Below are positions 1-9,496 of a stretch of 64,000 nt of DNA, piece after piece; within the stretch, counting starts at the first letter, position 1, and every line of letters starts with the position of its first letter. The notes beneath the pieces were generated by a model, which did not search any database, was not told the origin of the DNA, and saw only the letters and a program-made list of their open reading frames with translations. Source of the DNA: Vicinamibacterales bacterium (GTDB lineage Bacteria; Acidobacteriota; Vicinamibacteria; Vicinamibacterales; 2-12-FULL-66-21). The position numbers and the translations under genes are program-made. Location of the stretch: NCBI GenBank assembly GCA_036278735.1, contig DASUKM010000055.1, forward strand, positions 64,683 to 128,682, in the 5' to 3' direction.

Positions 1-56
1 CGACAACAAGCGAATCGGCGAGCTGAAAGGCGCGAAGCTTCGTATAATCCCGGCTC

Positions 57-1115
57 ATGCTGGCGACTGAAGCCTGCTTTCGCATGCGCATCAGCGTGGC
101 CATTGCCTGGGCCATGGTGGCGGCCGTTGTGGTCGCCGCGGCGCCGGCGGCGCCGGCGTGGACGCCGCTGACGAGCGGCGTGAGCGCGCGGCTCCGGGGG
201 ATCAGCGCCATCAGCGCCACGGTCGCGTGGGCGAGCGGCGCCCACGGCACCATCCTGCGCACCATCGACGGCGGCGCCACGTGGGAGAGGCGGCCGATCG
301 ACGGTACGGGCGCGCTCGATTTTCGCGACATCGATGCGCTGAGCGCGGACGTGGCGTACGCGCTCAGCATCGGCCCCGGACCGGCATCGCGGATTTACAA
401 GACCACCGACGGCGGCGCGAGCTGGCGGCTGCAATTCACCAACGACGATTCGAAGGCCTTCTTCGACGCGATGGCGTTCTGGGACGCGCGCCGCGGGGTG
501 GCCGCCAGCGATTCGGTGGACGGCCACTTCGTGATCGTCCTGACGCGCGACGGCGGGGACACGTGGGCGCGCGTGCCCGACACGGCGCTGCCGCCGGCGC
601 TTCCCAACGAGGGCGCGTTTGCGGCGAGCGGCACGAACGTCTCCGTGCGGCCTCCGAATGACGTGTGGATCGGCACGGGAGCCGCGAGCACCGCGCGCGT
701 GCTGCATTCGCGGGATGGCGGCCGGACGTGGACGATTGCCGCCACGCCGCTGGCCGCCGGCGAGAGCGCGGGGATCTTCTCGATCGCCTTCCGCGATGCG
801 ACGCATGGCATCGTGGTCGGGGGCGACTATCGCCAGGAAACGGCCGCGCTGAAGAATGCGGCCGTCACATCGGACGGCGGCGCGACCTGGCGGCTCGTTC
901 CCGGGCTGTCCGGCTTTCGATCCGTGGTGGCGTACGCCGGCGGGACAACGGCCCTCGCCGCCGGCCCGTCCGGCGTGGACCGATCGGACGACGACGGCGG
1001 CACCTGGCGACACGTGAGCGACGACGGTTTCGACACGCTCAGCATCGCGCCAGGCACGTCGACGGGTTTCGCCAGCGGCGACGGCGGCCGCATCGCGCGA
1101 TATGCACGGCGCTGA
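57..1115 (+). CDS. Secreted BNR/Asp-box repeat beta-propeller protein (Ycf48/glycosyl hydrolase-like)
   Basis: Signal-like N-terminus; repeated Asp-boxes ([51 protein letters not shown]). TATAAT at 43-48; alternative ATG at 84. Confidence 0.8.
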   Translation: MLATEACFRMRISVAIAWAMVAAVVVAAAPAAPAWTPLTSGVSARLRGISAISATVAWASGAHGTILRTIDGGATWERRPIDGTGALDFRDIDALSADVAYALSIGPGPASRIYKTTDGGASWRLQFTNDDSKAFFDAMAFWDARRGVAASDSVDGHFVIVLTRDGGDTWARVPDTALPPALPNEGAFAASGTNVSVRPPNDVWIGTGAASTARVLHSRDGGRTWTIAATPLAAGESAGIFSIAFRDATHGIVVGGDYRQETAALKNAAVTSDGGATWRLVPGLSGFRSVVAYAGGTTALAAGPSGVDRSDDDGGTWRHVSDDGFDTLSIAPGTSTGFASGDGGRIARYARR

Positions 1116-1177
1116 TGCGCCGACCGGCACCAGACACACGTTTCTGCCCGCGCATCGAGGGGGCGTGGAGGTCATCC

Positions 1178-3688
1178 GTGAGACGAATGGCAATGTTCCG
1201 GCTCCTGCCGCTAGTGCTCATCATGGTCGGCGCCGGGCCGTTGACGGCCGCCGCGCAAGGAACGGCCGCCGATTACGAACGGGCGTTGGGACTGCGCAAG
1301 CAGTACGAAGGGCTCGTCGTGGACGCCCCCGAAACGGCGCACTGGATCGGCGTCACGGATCGCTTCTGGTACCGGCGCGCGGTCAAGGGGGGACACGACT
1401 TCATCCTCGTCGATGCCGCGGCGCGCACGAAGGGGCCGGCCTTCGATCACGCGACGCTCGCGGCATCGCTCTCGAAGGCGATCGGCAAGTCGTACACGGC
1501 GATCGACCTGCCGTTCGGCTCGTTCGAGTTCGTGGTGCCTGGCACCATCCAGTTCGCGGCCGAGGGATCGACGTGGCGCTGCACCCTGGCTGATTACGCC
1601 TGCCGGAAGACGACGGGCGCTGAAGACGCCGAGGCCGAAGCGGGGCGCGGTCGCGGCGGACGCGGCGGCGGTACCGGCGCACGCGGCGGGCGCGGCGGCG
1701 GCGCGCCGGAGGCCGAGCGCGCAATCCGCTCGCCCGACGGCAAGTGGGAGGCCGTCATCTGGAACTTCAACGTCGCGGTCAGGCCGGCACGGGATCCAGG
1801 GCAGACCACCGCGACCGATCGCGACTCACGCCGCGACGTCCTCAGCACCGATGGATCGGAAGGGGATCCGTACGAGCTGTCGTCGATCGCCTGGTCGCCC
1901 GATTCGTCGAAGCTCGCCGCCGAACGGGTACGTCCCGGCTACAAGCGCGAGGTCCATTACGTGGAGTCGTCGCCCGCCGATCAGATCCAGCCGAAGTACT
2001 CGTCGCGCGTGTACGCCAAGCCGGGCGACGTGCTCGACCTGCCCCAGCCGGTGCTCTTCGACGTCGCCGCGAAGAAGGAAATCGTCGTCGACAACACGCT
2101 GTTCCCCAACCCGTACGATCTCACGCGGCTGGTCTGGCGGAAGGACGGCCGCGCGTTCACCTTCGAGTACAACCAGCGCGGCCATCAGGTCTACCGCGTG
2201 ATCGAAGTCGACGCGACGACCGGCCGGGCGCGCGCCGTCGTCTCGGAAGCGCCGAAGACGTTCTTCAATTACCGGACGGCCAACGGCAGCCAGAGCGATT
2301 CCGGGAAGAAATATCGCGACGACGTCGCCGACGGCCAGGAAGTGATCTGGATGTCCGAGCGCGACGGCTGGAATCACCTGTATCTGTACGACGGCGTCAC
2401 CGGAACGGTGAAGAACCAGATCACGAAGGGACCGTGGGTCGTCCGTGCCGTGCAGAAGGTCGACGAGGTCAAACGGCAGATCTGGTTCAGCGCCGGCGGC
2501 ATGGACCCGGGCCAGGATCCCTACTTCGTCCACTATTACCGGATTGGCTTCGACGGCACCGGCCTGACGCCGCTCACGCCCGCCGACGCGAACCACACGG
2601 TCGAGTATTCCGACGACATGAAGTATTTCGTCGACACCTGGGCGCGCGTGGACATGGCGCCGGTCTCCGAACTCCACCGCGCAGACGATGGGTCGCTGGT
2701 GATGGCGCTCGAAAAGGGGGACCTGACGGCGCTGGCGGCCGCCGGGTGGAAGCCGCCGGAAGTGTTCGTCGCGAAGGGACGCGACGGAAAGACCGACATC
2801 TGGGGGGTCATCTACCGCCCGACGTCGTTCGATCCGTCGAAGAAGTATCCGGTGATCGAGAACATCTACGCCGGCCCGCAGGGATCGTTCGTGCCGAAGT
2901 CGTTCAGTCCGTACAACGGCATGCAGTCCATCGCGGAACTCGGCTTCATCGTGGTGCAGATCGACGGCATGGGCACGTCGAACCGGTCGAAGGCGTTCCA
3001 GGACGTCGCCTGGAAGAACCTCGGCGACGCCGGCTTCGCCGATCGGATTCTGTGGCACAAAGCGGTCGCCGCAAAGTATCCGTCCTACGACATCACGCGC
3101 GTCGGCATCTACGGAACGTCCGCCGGCGGCCAGAGCTCGCTCGGCGGACTGCTGTTCCATCCGGAGTTCTACAAGGTGGCGGTGTCCGCCTCCGGCTGCC
3201 ACGACAACCGCATGGACAAGATCTGGTGGAACGAGCAGTGGATGGGATGGCCGATCGGCCCGGAATACGCCGCCTCCTCCAACGTCGACAACGCGTGGCG
3301 CCTGCAGGGGGACGTGCTGCTGATCATGGGAGAAATGGACACGAACGTCGACCCTTCGTCGACGCTGCAGGTCGTGAATCAACTGATCAAGCACGACAAG
3401 AACTTCGACCTGCTCGTCATCCCGGGGTCGAACCACACCTCCGGCGGCCCCTTCGGCGAGCACAAGCGGTACGACTTCTTCGTGCAGCACCTGCTCGGCG
3501 TGATCCCGCCGTCGTGGAACGCGCTCGCGGCGGCCCAGGCCACCACGGCTGCGCCGGGCCAAGAAGGCCTGACCCACACGTCGTCATCGGCCGCGGACGA
3601 GCGCCTCACGGACGACGAAGACGAGGCGGGCCCGGCCGGCGAGGAGGCGGACGCCTGGCTGTCGCCGCGCGTGGGCGGAGGCCTGTAG
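1178..3688 (+). CDS. Secreted S9B dipeptidyl peptidase IV-like serine peptidase
   Basis: DPP IV propeller ([12 protein letters not shown]), nucleophile elbow GTSAGG, Asp (MDTNVD), His (SNHT). Start trimmed to GTG 1178 after GGAGG at 1167-1171. Confidence 0.9.
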   Translation: MRRMAMFRLLPLVLIMVGAGPLTAAAQGTAADYERALGLRKQYEGLVVDAPETAHWIGVTDRFWYRRAVKGGHDFILVDAAARTKGPAFDHATLAASLSKAIGKSYTAIDLPFGSFEFVVPGTIQFAAEGSTWRCTLADYACRKTTGAEDAEAEAGRGRGGRGGGTGARGGRGGGAPEAERAIRSPDGKWEAVIWNFNVAVRPARDPGQTTATDRDSRRDVLSTDGSEGDPYELSSIAWSPDSSKLAAERVRPGYKREVHYVESSPADQIQPKYSSRVYAKPGDVLDLPQPVLFDVAAKKEIVVDNTLFPNPYDLTRLVWRKDGRAFTFEYNQRGHQVYRVIEVDATTGRARAVVSEAPKTFFNYRTANGSQSDSGKKYRDDVADGQEVIWMSERDGWNHLYLYDGVTGTVKNQITKGPWVVRAVQKVDEVKRQIWFSAGGMDPGQDPYFVHYYRIGFDGTGLTPLTPADANHTVEYSDDMKYFVDTWARVDMAPVSELHRADDGSLVMALEKGDLTALAAAGWKPPEVFVAKGRDGKTDIWGVIYRPTSFDPSKKYPVIENIYAGPQGSFVPKSFSPYNGMQSIAELGFIVVQIDGMGTSNRSKAFQDVAWKNLGDAGFADRILWHKAVAAKYPSYDITRVGIYGTSAGGQSSLGGLLFHPEFYKVAVSASGCHDNRMDKIWWNEQWMGWPIGPEYAASSNVDNAWRLQGDVLLIMGEMDTNVDPSSTLQVVNQLIKHDKNFDLLVIPGSNHTSGGPFGEHKRYDFFVQHLLGVIPPSWNALAAAQATTAAPGQEGLTHTSSSAADERLTDDEDEAGPAGEEADAWLSPRVGGGL

Positions 3689-3777
3689 CCGGGACCGGCC
3701 CGGCGATCACATTTTCCGATATGATCTCTCCGCCCTCTTTCCAGCGTTCACCGCAGGTCCGACCAGGAGTCGATCCG

Positions 3778-5739
3778 ATGTTCCGTAAGTTGCTCGTACC
3801 GGTCTTCGCGTTCAGTGTCGTCGTCACGGTCTCGGCGATGCCGCAGCAGCCGCAGCAGCAGGCGCCGCGTCAGGTCACCGTGTGGGTGCCGCACGCCATC
3901 GCGCCCGAGAAGATCGACGCGGACATGTACAAGAAGATCCGCGCCGAGGGGATGGACCACTCGAAGATCATGTGGATCGAGCACTACCTCACCGACGTCT
4001 ACGGCCCGCGCCCGACCGGCTCGCCCAACCAGGCCGCCGCCGCGAACTGGGCGGTGAAGACGATGACGAGCTTTGGGTTGAAGAACGCCCATCTCGAGCC
4101 GTTTACGTGGCGCGGCATCGGCTGGCTGCCGGGGCTGGCGAGCGGCTACATCACCTCGCCCATGAAGGCGAACCTGAAATTCGAGGCGGTCCCCTGGTCG
4201 CCATCGACCAACGGCACGGTCAAGGGAGACGTGGTGTGCCTCGTTCCGCCGGAAACGCCGACCCAGGCGGAGTTGACCGCCTATCTCGTCAAGATGGCCC
4301 CGATGGTGAAGGGGGCGATCGTGATGGTCGGGGCGCCGCCGGCGGTGCCCGTCGAGTTCAACGAGCGGGCGAAGCGGATTCCCGACGATCAGGTGAAGGC
4401 GCGCTACGAGCCGGGCGCGTCGAACCGGCCCAGGTTCCTGCGCGCGCGAGGCGGCGGGCAGACGCCGGCGGCGGGCCATCTCTCGGCGCGGCAGGTCAAC
4501 GAGCAGATCGCGCAGATGCTGCGCGACAACCTGCCGGCGCTCCGGCTGCAGGCCCAGGGCCCCGGACGCATTCCCGGCGTCATCGTGGCGCAGAACGGCC
4601 CGGGACAGATCTACGACGACAAGACGCCCCAGTCGCCCGCCGTCATCCTGCGTACCGACGACTACGGCCGCATCTTCCGAATCATCGCCGACGGCACGCC
4701 GGTCTCGGTCGAGTTCAACGTCCAGAACCAGTACTTCCCCGACGGCAAGACGTCGTACGTGACGGTTGCCGAAATTCCCGGCACCGACAAGGCCGACGAG
4801 GTCGTGATGCTCGGTGGCCATCTCGATTCGTGGGCGAGCGCCACCGGCGCGACCGACAACGCGATCGGCAGCGCCGTGATGATGGAAGCCGCGCGAATCC
4901 TGGAGGCGGTCGGAGCGAAGCCGCGCCGGACGATCCGGGTCGCGCTGTGGAGCGGCGAGGAGCAGGGGCTGCTCGGCTCGCTCGACTACGTGAAGCGCCA
5001 CTTCGGCTCGGCCGAGAAGCCGCTCCCCGATTACGCGAAGCTCGACGCGTACTGGAACATCGACGACGGCACCGGGCGCGTGCGGGGCGCCACGGTGTTC
5101 GGTCCGCCCGAGGCGGCCGCGGTCGTCGCGCAGTACCTGGCGCCGTTCGAGGACTGGGGCGTCTTCGGCGCCGCGCCGTCGAGCGCGCGCGTCGAAGGCG
5201 GCAGCGACAACGGCGCGTTCGCCGTCGCGGGTCTGCCCGGCATCGGGGCGCAGCAGGATCCCATCGAATACAACAGCACGACCTGGCACACCGATCTCGA
5301 CACGTACGAGCGCATCGTTCCAGACGATGTGATGAAGAACGCGGTGATCACCGCGTCGGTCGTGCTGGGGCTCGCCGACCGCGACGCGATGCTGCCGCGG
5401 TTCTCCGGAGAGGACATGCCGGAAATCCCGCAGCCGCGCCGGTTCGGAAATCAGGCCGGCCCGACGTCGGAGAGCCGCGTCTTCGTCGTCGATCGCAACA
5501 AGCCGTTCACTGTCGCGCCGCCCGGGCTCCAGCCGCCGCCGAATCCGCGTGCGGAAACGAAGACCGCCGCGACCGTGGCGCTCGACGCCGCCCCGGCCCA
5601 CGGCAAGGTGATGGTCAAGGAAGACGGCAGCTTCGTCTACACGCCCGCGCGCAACTTCACGGGCACCGATACGTTCACCTACAAGGTGACGAACGGGACG
5701 GAGACGATTCCCGGGACGGCGACGGTAATCGTGAAATAG
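3778..5739 (+). CDS. Secreted M28 (carboxypeptidase Q-like) metallopeptidase with C-terminal Ig/cadherin-like repeat
   Basis: GGHLDSW, GATDNAIG, SGEEQGLLGS and WHT metal motifs; C-terminal HGKV..DGSFVYTP..FTGTDTFTY. AGGAG SD before ATG 3778; TATGAT at 3720-3725. Confidence 0.88.
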   Translation: MFRKLLVPVFAFSVVVTVSAMPQQPQQQAPRQVTVWVPHAIAPEKIDADMYKKIRAEGMDHSKIMWIEHYLTDVYGPRPTGSPNQAAAANWAVKTMTSFGLKNAHLEPFTWRGIGWLPGLASGYITSPMKANLKFEAVPWSPSTNGTVKGDVVCLVPPETPTQAELTAYLVKMAPMVKGAIVMVGAPPAVPVEFNERAKRIPDDQVKARYEPGASNRPRFLRARGGGQTPAAGHLSARQVNEQIAQMLRDNLPALRLQAQGPGRIPGVIVAQNGPGQIYDDKTPQSPAVILRTDDYGRIFRIIADGTPVSVEFNVQNQYFPDGKTSYVTVAEIPGTDKADEVVMLGGHLDSWASATGATDNAIGSAVMMEAARILEAVGAKPRRTIRVALWSGEEQGLLGSLDYVKRHFGSAEKPLPDYAKLDAYWNIDDGTGRVRGATVFGPPEAAAVVAQYLAPFEDWGVFGAAPSSARVEGGSDNGAFAVAGLPGIGAQQDPIEYNSTTWHTDLDTYERIVPDDVMKNAVITASVVLGLADRDAMLPRFSGEDMPEIPQPRRFGNQAGPTSESRVFVVDRNKPFTVAPPGLQPPPNPRAETKTAATVALDAAPAHGKVMVKEDGSFVYTPARNFTGTDTFTYKVTNGTETIPGTATVIVK

Positions 5740-5831
5740 GCTTTGGGCGTTGGGCTTTAGGCTTTGGGAAAGAGCGCACCAAGCCAACTCCCAAAGCCCC
5801 CTAGAGCCTAAAGCGGAAAGCCCAAAGCTTA
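5737..5831. repeat. Inverted pair of heptamer arrays (TGGGCTT/TAGGCTT family) between convergent genes
   Basis: TAGGCTT TGGGCGT TGGGCTT TAGGCTT TGGG after the + stop; the complementary CCCAAAG/CCTAAAG arm runs into the - strand stop. Confidence 0.85.
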
Positions 5832-8800
5832 CCGCCCGCCGCCCTTGGCGAGCGCGCGGTAGTACTGCTCCACCTGTGTGCGGTACTGTTCGGGCACTTC
5901 GTCCGAGCCGGAGAGGAACGTCTGATTCCCGCTCGCGTCCGCCTTGCGGCGCAGCTCGAACTCGAGGCGCTTCATCTGCTCGGTCAAGGACGCCTGCAGC
6001 TTCGTGAGCGCCTGCGGGTCGTGATACGCGTTGGGATCGTCGAGCCGGCGGAGCCCTTCCATGACGCCGTCGAGCGCGTGCGTGTCGAGCCGCTCGCCGC
6101 GCATCAGGCGCCGCAGGTTCTCGGCGTCGCTCTGGCGCTGCCGCGCTTCGCCGCGGAACTGCCGAACGTCGTCCGGGGAGAAGCGCCCCCCGGCGGCGCC
6201 GTTCGGCTGCATGACGCCCGCGTTGCCGGTTCCCTCCTGGCCGCGCTGCCCCCCCTCGCCGCGCTGTCCTCCCTGCCCTTGCTGCCCCTGCTGCCCCTGC
6301 TGTCCTTGTTGGGCCTGCTGTCCTTGCTGACCTGATTGTCCCTGCTGGCCGGATCGTCCCTGCTGGCCAGCCTGTCCCTGTTGTCCGCGTTGTCCCTGCT
6401 GCGCCTGCTGGCTCGCCTCCTTCATGCGCTGATCGAGCGACTCCATGCCGCGCGCCAGCTCCCGGGCCTTCTGGAGCGTCTGGGCCATCGCGTCCGGCTT
6501 CGAGTTGCCGAGCGCCGAGGCGGCCTCGCCGATGCGCTTCCGCAGCGCGTCGATGTTGGCGCCGATGTCGTTCTCGAGGCTGCGGGCGTATTCGGCATTG
6601 CTGCCACCCTGCAGGAAGCCCTTCGAATAGCGGATCTTGTCCTGAAGGCGGCTGTCGCGCATGCCATTGGCCGCTTCGGACAACCGGCGCGCCGCGTCTC
6701 GCTCGTTCTTCTGCAGCGATGCCGCCGCGCGATCGAGCTGCTGCTCGAGCTGTCCTGCCTGGGAATCGAGCGTGTCCTTGCGAGCGGCGAGCTCCTGGGC
6801 CTTGCGCTGGCCGTCGGGCGTCGAGGGATCGAGCTTCTGCGCGTCGCCGGCGATGCCGGCCTGCTCGCGGGCCATCTCGTCGGCCTGGCGCTGGGCGTCG
6901 GCGATGTCGCGCGCGCCGCGCGCCCCCTGCGCCTGCTGGAGCTGACGCCCCGCCTCCTGCAGCCGCTGCGCCGCGGCGGACGCCTGGGCGGCGGCGTTCG
7001 GATCGTTCGACGCGGCGGCCCGGCGCATCGCATCCGCGGCCTCGCGCAACTGGCGCGCCGACTCGGCCAGCTCGGGGCGGTTCTCGTCGCGCGACAGCCG
7101 ATCGAGCTGCCGCGCCGCCTCTTCGGCTTGCTGCGCCAGCGCGCGCTGGTCCGCACTGCCGCCGGAGGAGGCCTGCCCGGACCTCGCCTGCTGGCGCTGC
7201 CGCGCCGCTTCCTGCTCCTGCCGCCGCGCCAGCTCCTTCAGCTTCTCGGCGAGCTCGTCGATCTTCTGATCGCGCTGCTGCTGCGTGGCGCGATCCGCGG
7301 TCTCGTACTGGTTCGACATGCGATCCAGCTCGAGCTGGAACAGGTCCGCCAGATCGCTCGCCATCGACCCGGAATTGCTCCCCCCGCCGCCGCCGTTGCG
7401 GCTCGTGCTGACCTGCACCTGATACTTCTCTTCGGCCTGCTGCAGGTACTGGAGCGCTTTCTGCTCCGGCGACAGCGCCGCCGCCGTATCGCGCGCCTGC
7501 AGCCTGCCCTCGGCCGCCTTCATCTCCTTCACCGCCTTCGGCAGCAGATCCGCGATCTCCTTGAAGCTGCCGTCGGTCCCGCCGAGGCGCTGCGTCATCT
7601 TCATCGCGATCTCGTCGACCTGCTCGCGCAGCTTCGCCTGCGACAGCGCGATTACCGTCGTCGCTTCCCGCAGCTTGTCGGGCGCGGTGGTCGAGCGGTC
7701 GCGCTGGACGTTGAACGTCGCCGAGATGATCCGGCGCTCCTGCTCGGAGAGCTGCCCGACCTGCGCGCCGCCGCCCCCGCCGCCCCCCTGGGACTGGGCC
7801 TGGCGGAAGTCCTTGTCGAGCGGCCGCACGCGGACGAAGTACATGTCGCTCGTCGCGGCGCGCGGGCCGTTCACCGTGCCGTTGTCGGTCGCGCGCGCGT
7901 AGTACGAGACGAAGTCGCCAGGCTTGACGTCGAATTCCTCGAGGTAGAACGTGTGCCCCGCCGAGATCTCGGGCATCCGCTTCGTTCCCTTGAACAGGGC
8001 GATGGTCCGGGCGGCGCCGCCGTTGACCGAATAGACGAGATCCATGCGGCCGATCCCGTAATCGTCCTGCGCCTTCGCCTCGACGAACACTTCTTCGATG
8101 GGGGACGCCGAGGTGTCGCGTCCCGGCTTCGAGAACGTCACCGTCGGAGGCTGGTCGTCGAGCGCGTCGATCGTGTACTGCGGCGACCCGCTCACGTGCG
8201 GGCCGTGCGGCGCGTCGAACTCGATGCGGTAGAAGCCGTCGTGGTCGGCCGTGAAGCGGCCCGTCAACGACCCGTCGGCCTCGACGGTCAGCGGCGCGCG
8301 GGTCTTGTCGTCGATCACCACGTCGCCGCCGGAGGCGGCCATCGTCGGGACGGCGCGGACGCGGATCTCGGTGCCGCGCAGGACGGCGATGTCCCCCCCA
8401 TCCTCGACCCGCCGCGGCGCCAGACCGGTGTACGCGGGAAAGTGATACTCCAGCTCGAGCCGCTGCACGTACGGCATGTCGGCGACGTGCAGCGTGTAGA
8501 CGGGAGACCGCACGCCGGCCGCCTCGACGAAATAGTCGATCGGCGCGGCAATCTTGAAGAGCATGCCGTCGTAGCGATTGCCGTCGCCGCGCACGAGCGG
8601 CAGGCGATCGAAGGGGGCCCCGGGCGACTTCCGGACCATCAACGACGCGCCGTCGGCATCGAAACCCACGAGGGTCGCCGAGACGGTCTGGTCGGCGCCG
8701 CGCGGCACCGTCGCCTGCCCCGGCTTCACCTCGATGCGATACGGCACGGCCGCCTCGACGCTGCGCGACACGATCAGCAGCGCCGACAGGCCGCTGCGCA

Positions 8801-9335
8801 GGTACGCGGGGCCGAGCACGAACAGGGCGAGCGCGCCGAGCAGCACCGCCGCGAGCGCGCCCGAATAGCGCCGCACGGGCTGCCGCTCGATTCCGTGGCC
8901 GTGCTCGATCGCGCGGCACTTCTCCACCGCGCCGTCGACGAGTTTCGCGACGAGCGCCGGCGACCGATCGCGCGCCTGCTCCTGCCGCTCCGCCTCGATC
9001 GCGCTGACAATCGCCGCCTCGAGCGACGGTTCGTGCTCTTCGAGGTACAGCGCGACCTGTTCGTCGGTGACGCGCCGCAGGAACGGCCGCGCCAGGCAGA
9101 CGTAGGCAACCGCGGCAAACACGATCCCGATCAGAATCCGGAACGTCAGGATCGAGGCAGGGGTGAACCGGAGCGCCTGCAGGATGTACGAGGCGACCAG
9201 CAACGTCGCCACCGCCAGACCGGCGGCCAGGGCGATTCCGCGCAAGGCCAGCTTCAGGCGCCATCGCCGGCGCACGTCGCCGATGATCGCGACGAGGTCC
9301 GCGCGCGACGCCGGGTGCCGTGAATCGCTCAGCAT
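5829..9335 (-). CDS. Large membrane-anchored protein with Ig-like region and long Gln-rich coiled coil (DUF4175-like)
   Basis: About 3 N-terminal TM helices, beta-rich middle (D.PPTVTFSKPGRD, AQDDYGI), long helical C-half, QQGQ repeats, C-terminal VPEQYRTQVEQYYRAL. GAGGT SD before ATG 9335. Confidence 0.75.
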   Translation of the reverse strand: MLSDSRHPASRADLVAIIGDVRRRWRLKLALRGIALAAGLAVATLLVASYILQALRFTPASILTFRILIGIVFAAVAYVCLARPFLRRVTDEQVALYLEEHEPSLEAAIVSAIEAERQEQARDRSPALVAKLVDGAVEKCRAIEHGHGIERQPVRRYSGALAAVLLGALALFVLGPAYLRSGLSALLIVSRSVEAAVPYRIEVKPGQATVPRGADQTVSATLVGFDADGASLMVRKSPGAPFDRLPLVRGDGNRYDGMLFKIAAPIDYFVEAAGVRSPVYTLHVADMPYVQRLELEYHFPAYTGLAPRRVEDGGDIAVLRGTEIRVRAVPTMAASGGDVVIDDKTRAPLTVEADGSLTGRFTADHDGFYRIEFDAPHGPHVSGSPQYTIDALDDQPPTVTFSKPGRDTSASPIEEVFVEAKAQDDYGIGRMDLVYSVNGGAARTIALFKGTKRMPEISAGHTFYLEEFDVKPGDFVSYYARATDNGTVNGPRAATSDMYFVRVRPLDKDFRQAQSQGGGGGGGAQVGQLSEQERRIISATFNVQRDRSTTAPDKLREATTVIALSQAKLREQVDEIAMKMTQRLGGTDGSFKEIADLLPKAVKEMKAAEGRLQARDTAAALSPEQKALQYLQQAEEKYQVQVSTSRNGGGGGSNSGSMASDLADLFQLELDRMSNQYETADRATQQQRDQKIDELAEKLKELARRQEQEAARQRQQARSGQASSGGSADQRALAQQAEEAARQLDRLSRDENRPELAESARQLREAADAMRRAAASNDPNAAAQASAAAQRLQEAGRQLQQAQGARGARDIADAQRQADEMAREQAGIAGDAQKLDPSTPDGQRKAQELAARKDTLDSQAGQLEQQLDRAAASLQKNERDAARRLSEAANGMRDSRLQDKIRYSKGFLQGGSNAEYARSLENDIGANIDALRKRIGEAASALGNSKPDAMAQTLQKARELARGMESLDQRMKEASQQAQQGQRGQQGQAGQQGRSGQQGQSGQQGQQAQQGQQGQQGQQGQGGQRGEGGQRGQEGTGNAGVMQPNGAAGGRFSPDDVRQFRGEARQRQSDAENLRRLMRGERLDTHALDGVMEGLRRLDDPNAYHDPQALTKLQASLTEQMKRLEFELRRKADASGNQTFLSGSDEVPEQYRTQVEQYYRALAKGGGR

Positions 9336-9345
9336 GGCTACCTCT

Positions 9346-9491
9346 ATTGGAAACCGGGGGGCTTCGCCCCGCCGGACCCCCCACCTCCACCCCAGCGCGC
9401 AGAGAACGCGCGCCGGGGACCCCGGTCGCCGTCGCTCGCGGGGCCCCATGACCCCCGCTCCGCTCCGGCGGGGCGCGCCCTTGGCGCCAAT
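9346..9491. repeat. 146-nt highly structured intergenic element (REP/MITE-like)
   Basis: Terminal ATTGG/CCAAT; perfect 12-bp inverted repeat 9365-9376 / 9464-9475; internal hairpins at 9357-9370, 9390-9418 and 9438-9458. Confidence 0.55.
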
Positions 9492-9496
9492 CCTAA

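Noticed and set aside
665..3777. Apparent N-terminal extensions or fusions of the S9 and M28 ORFs
   Set aside because: They overlap upstream genes in other frames; SD sequences and signal peptides define the later starts (1178, 3778).
3748..9390. 1880-aa minus-strand ORF
   Set aside because: Arg/Ala/Gly-rich shadow frame overlapping two well-supported genes; typical high-GC artefact.
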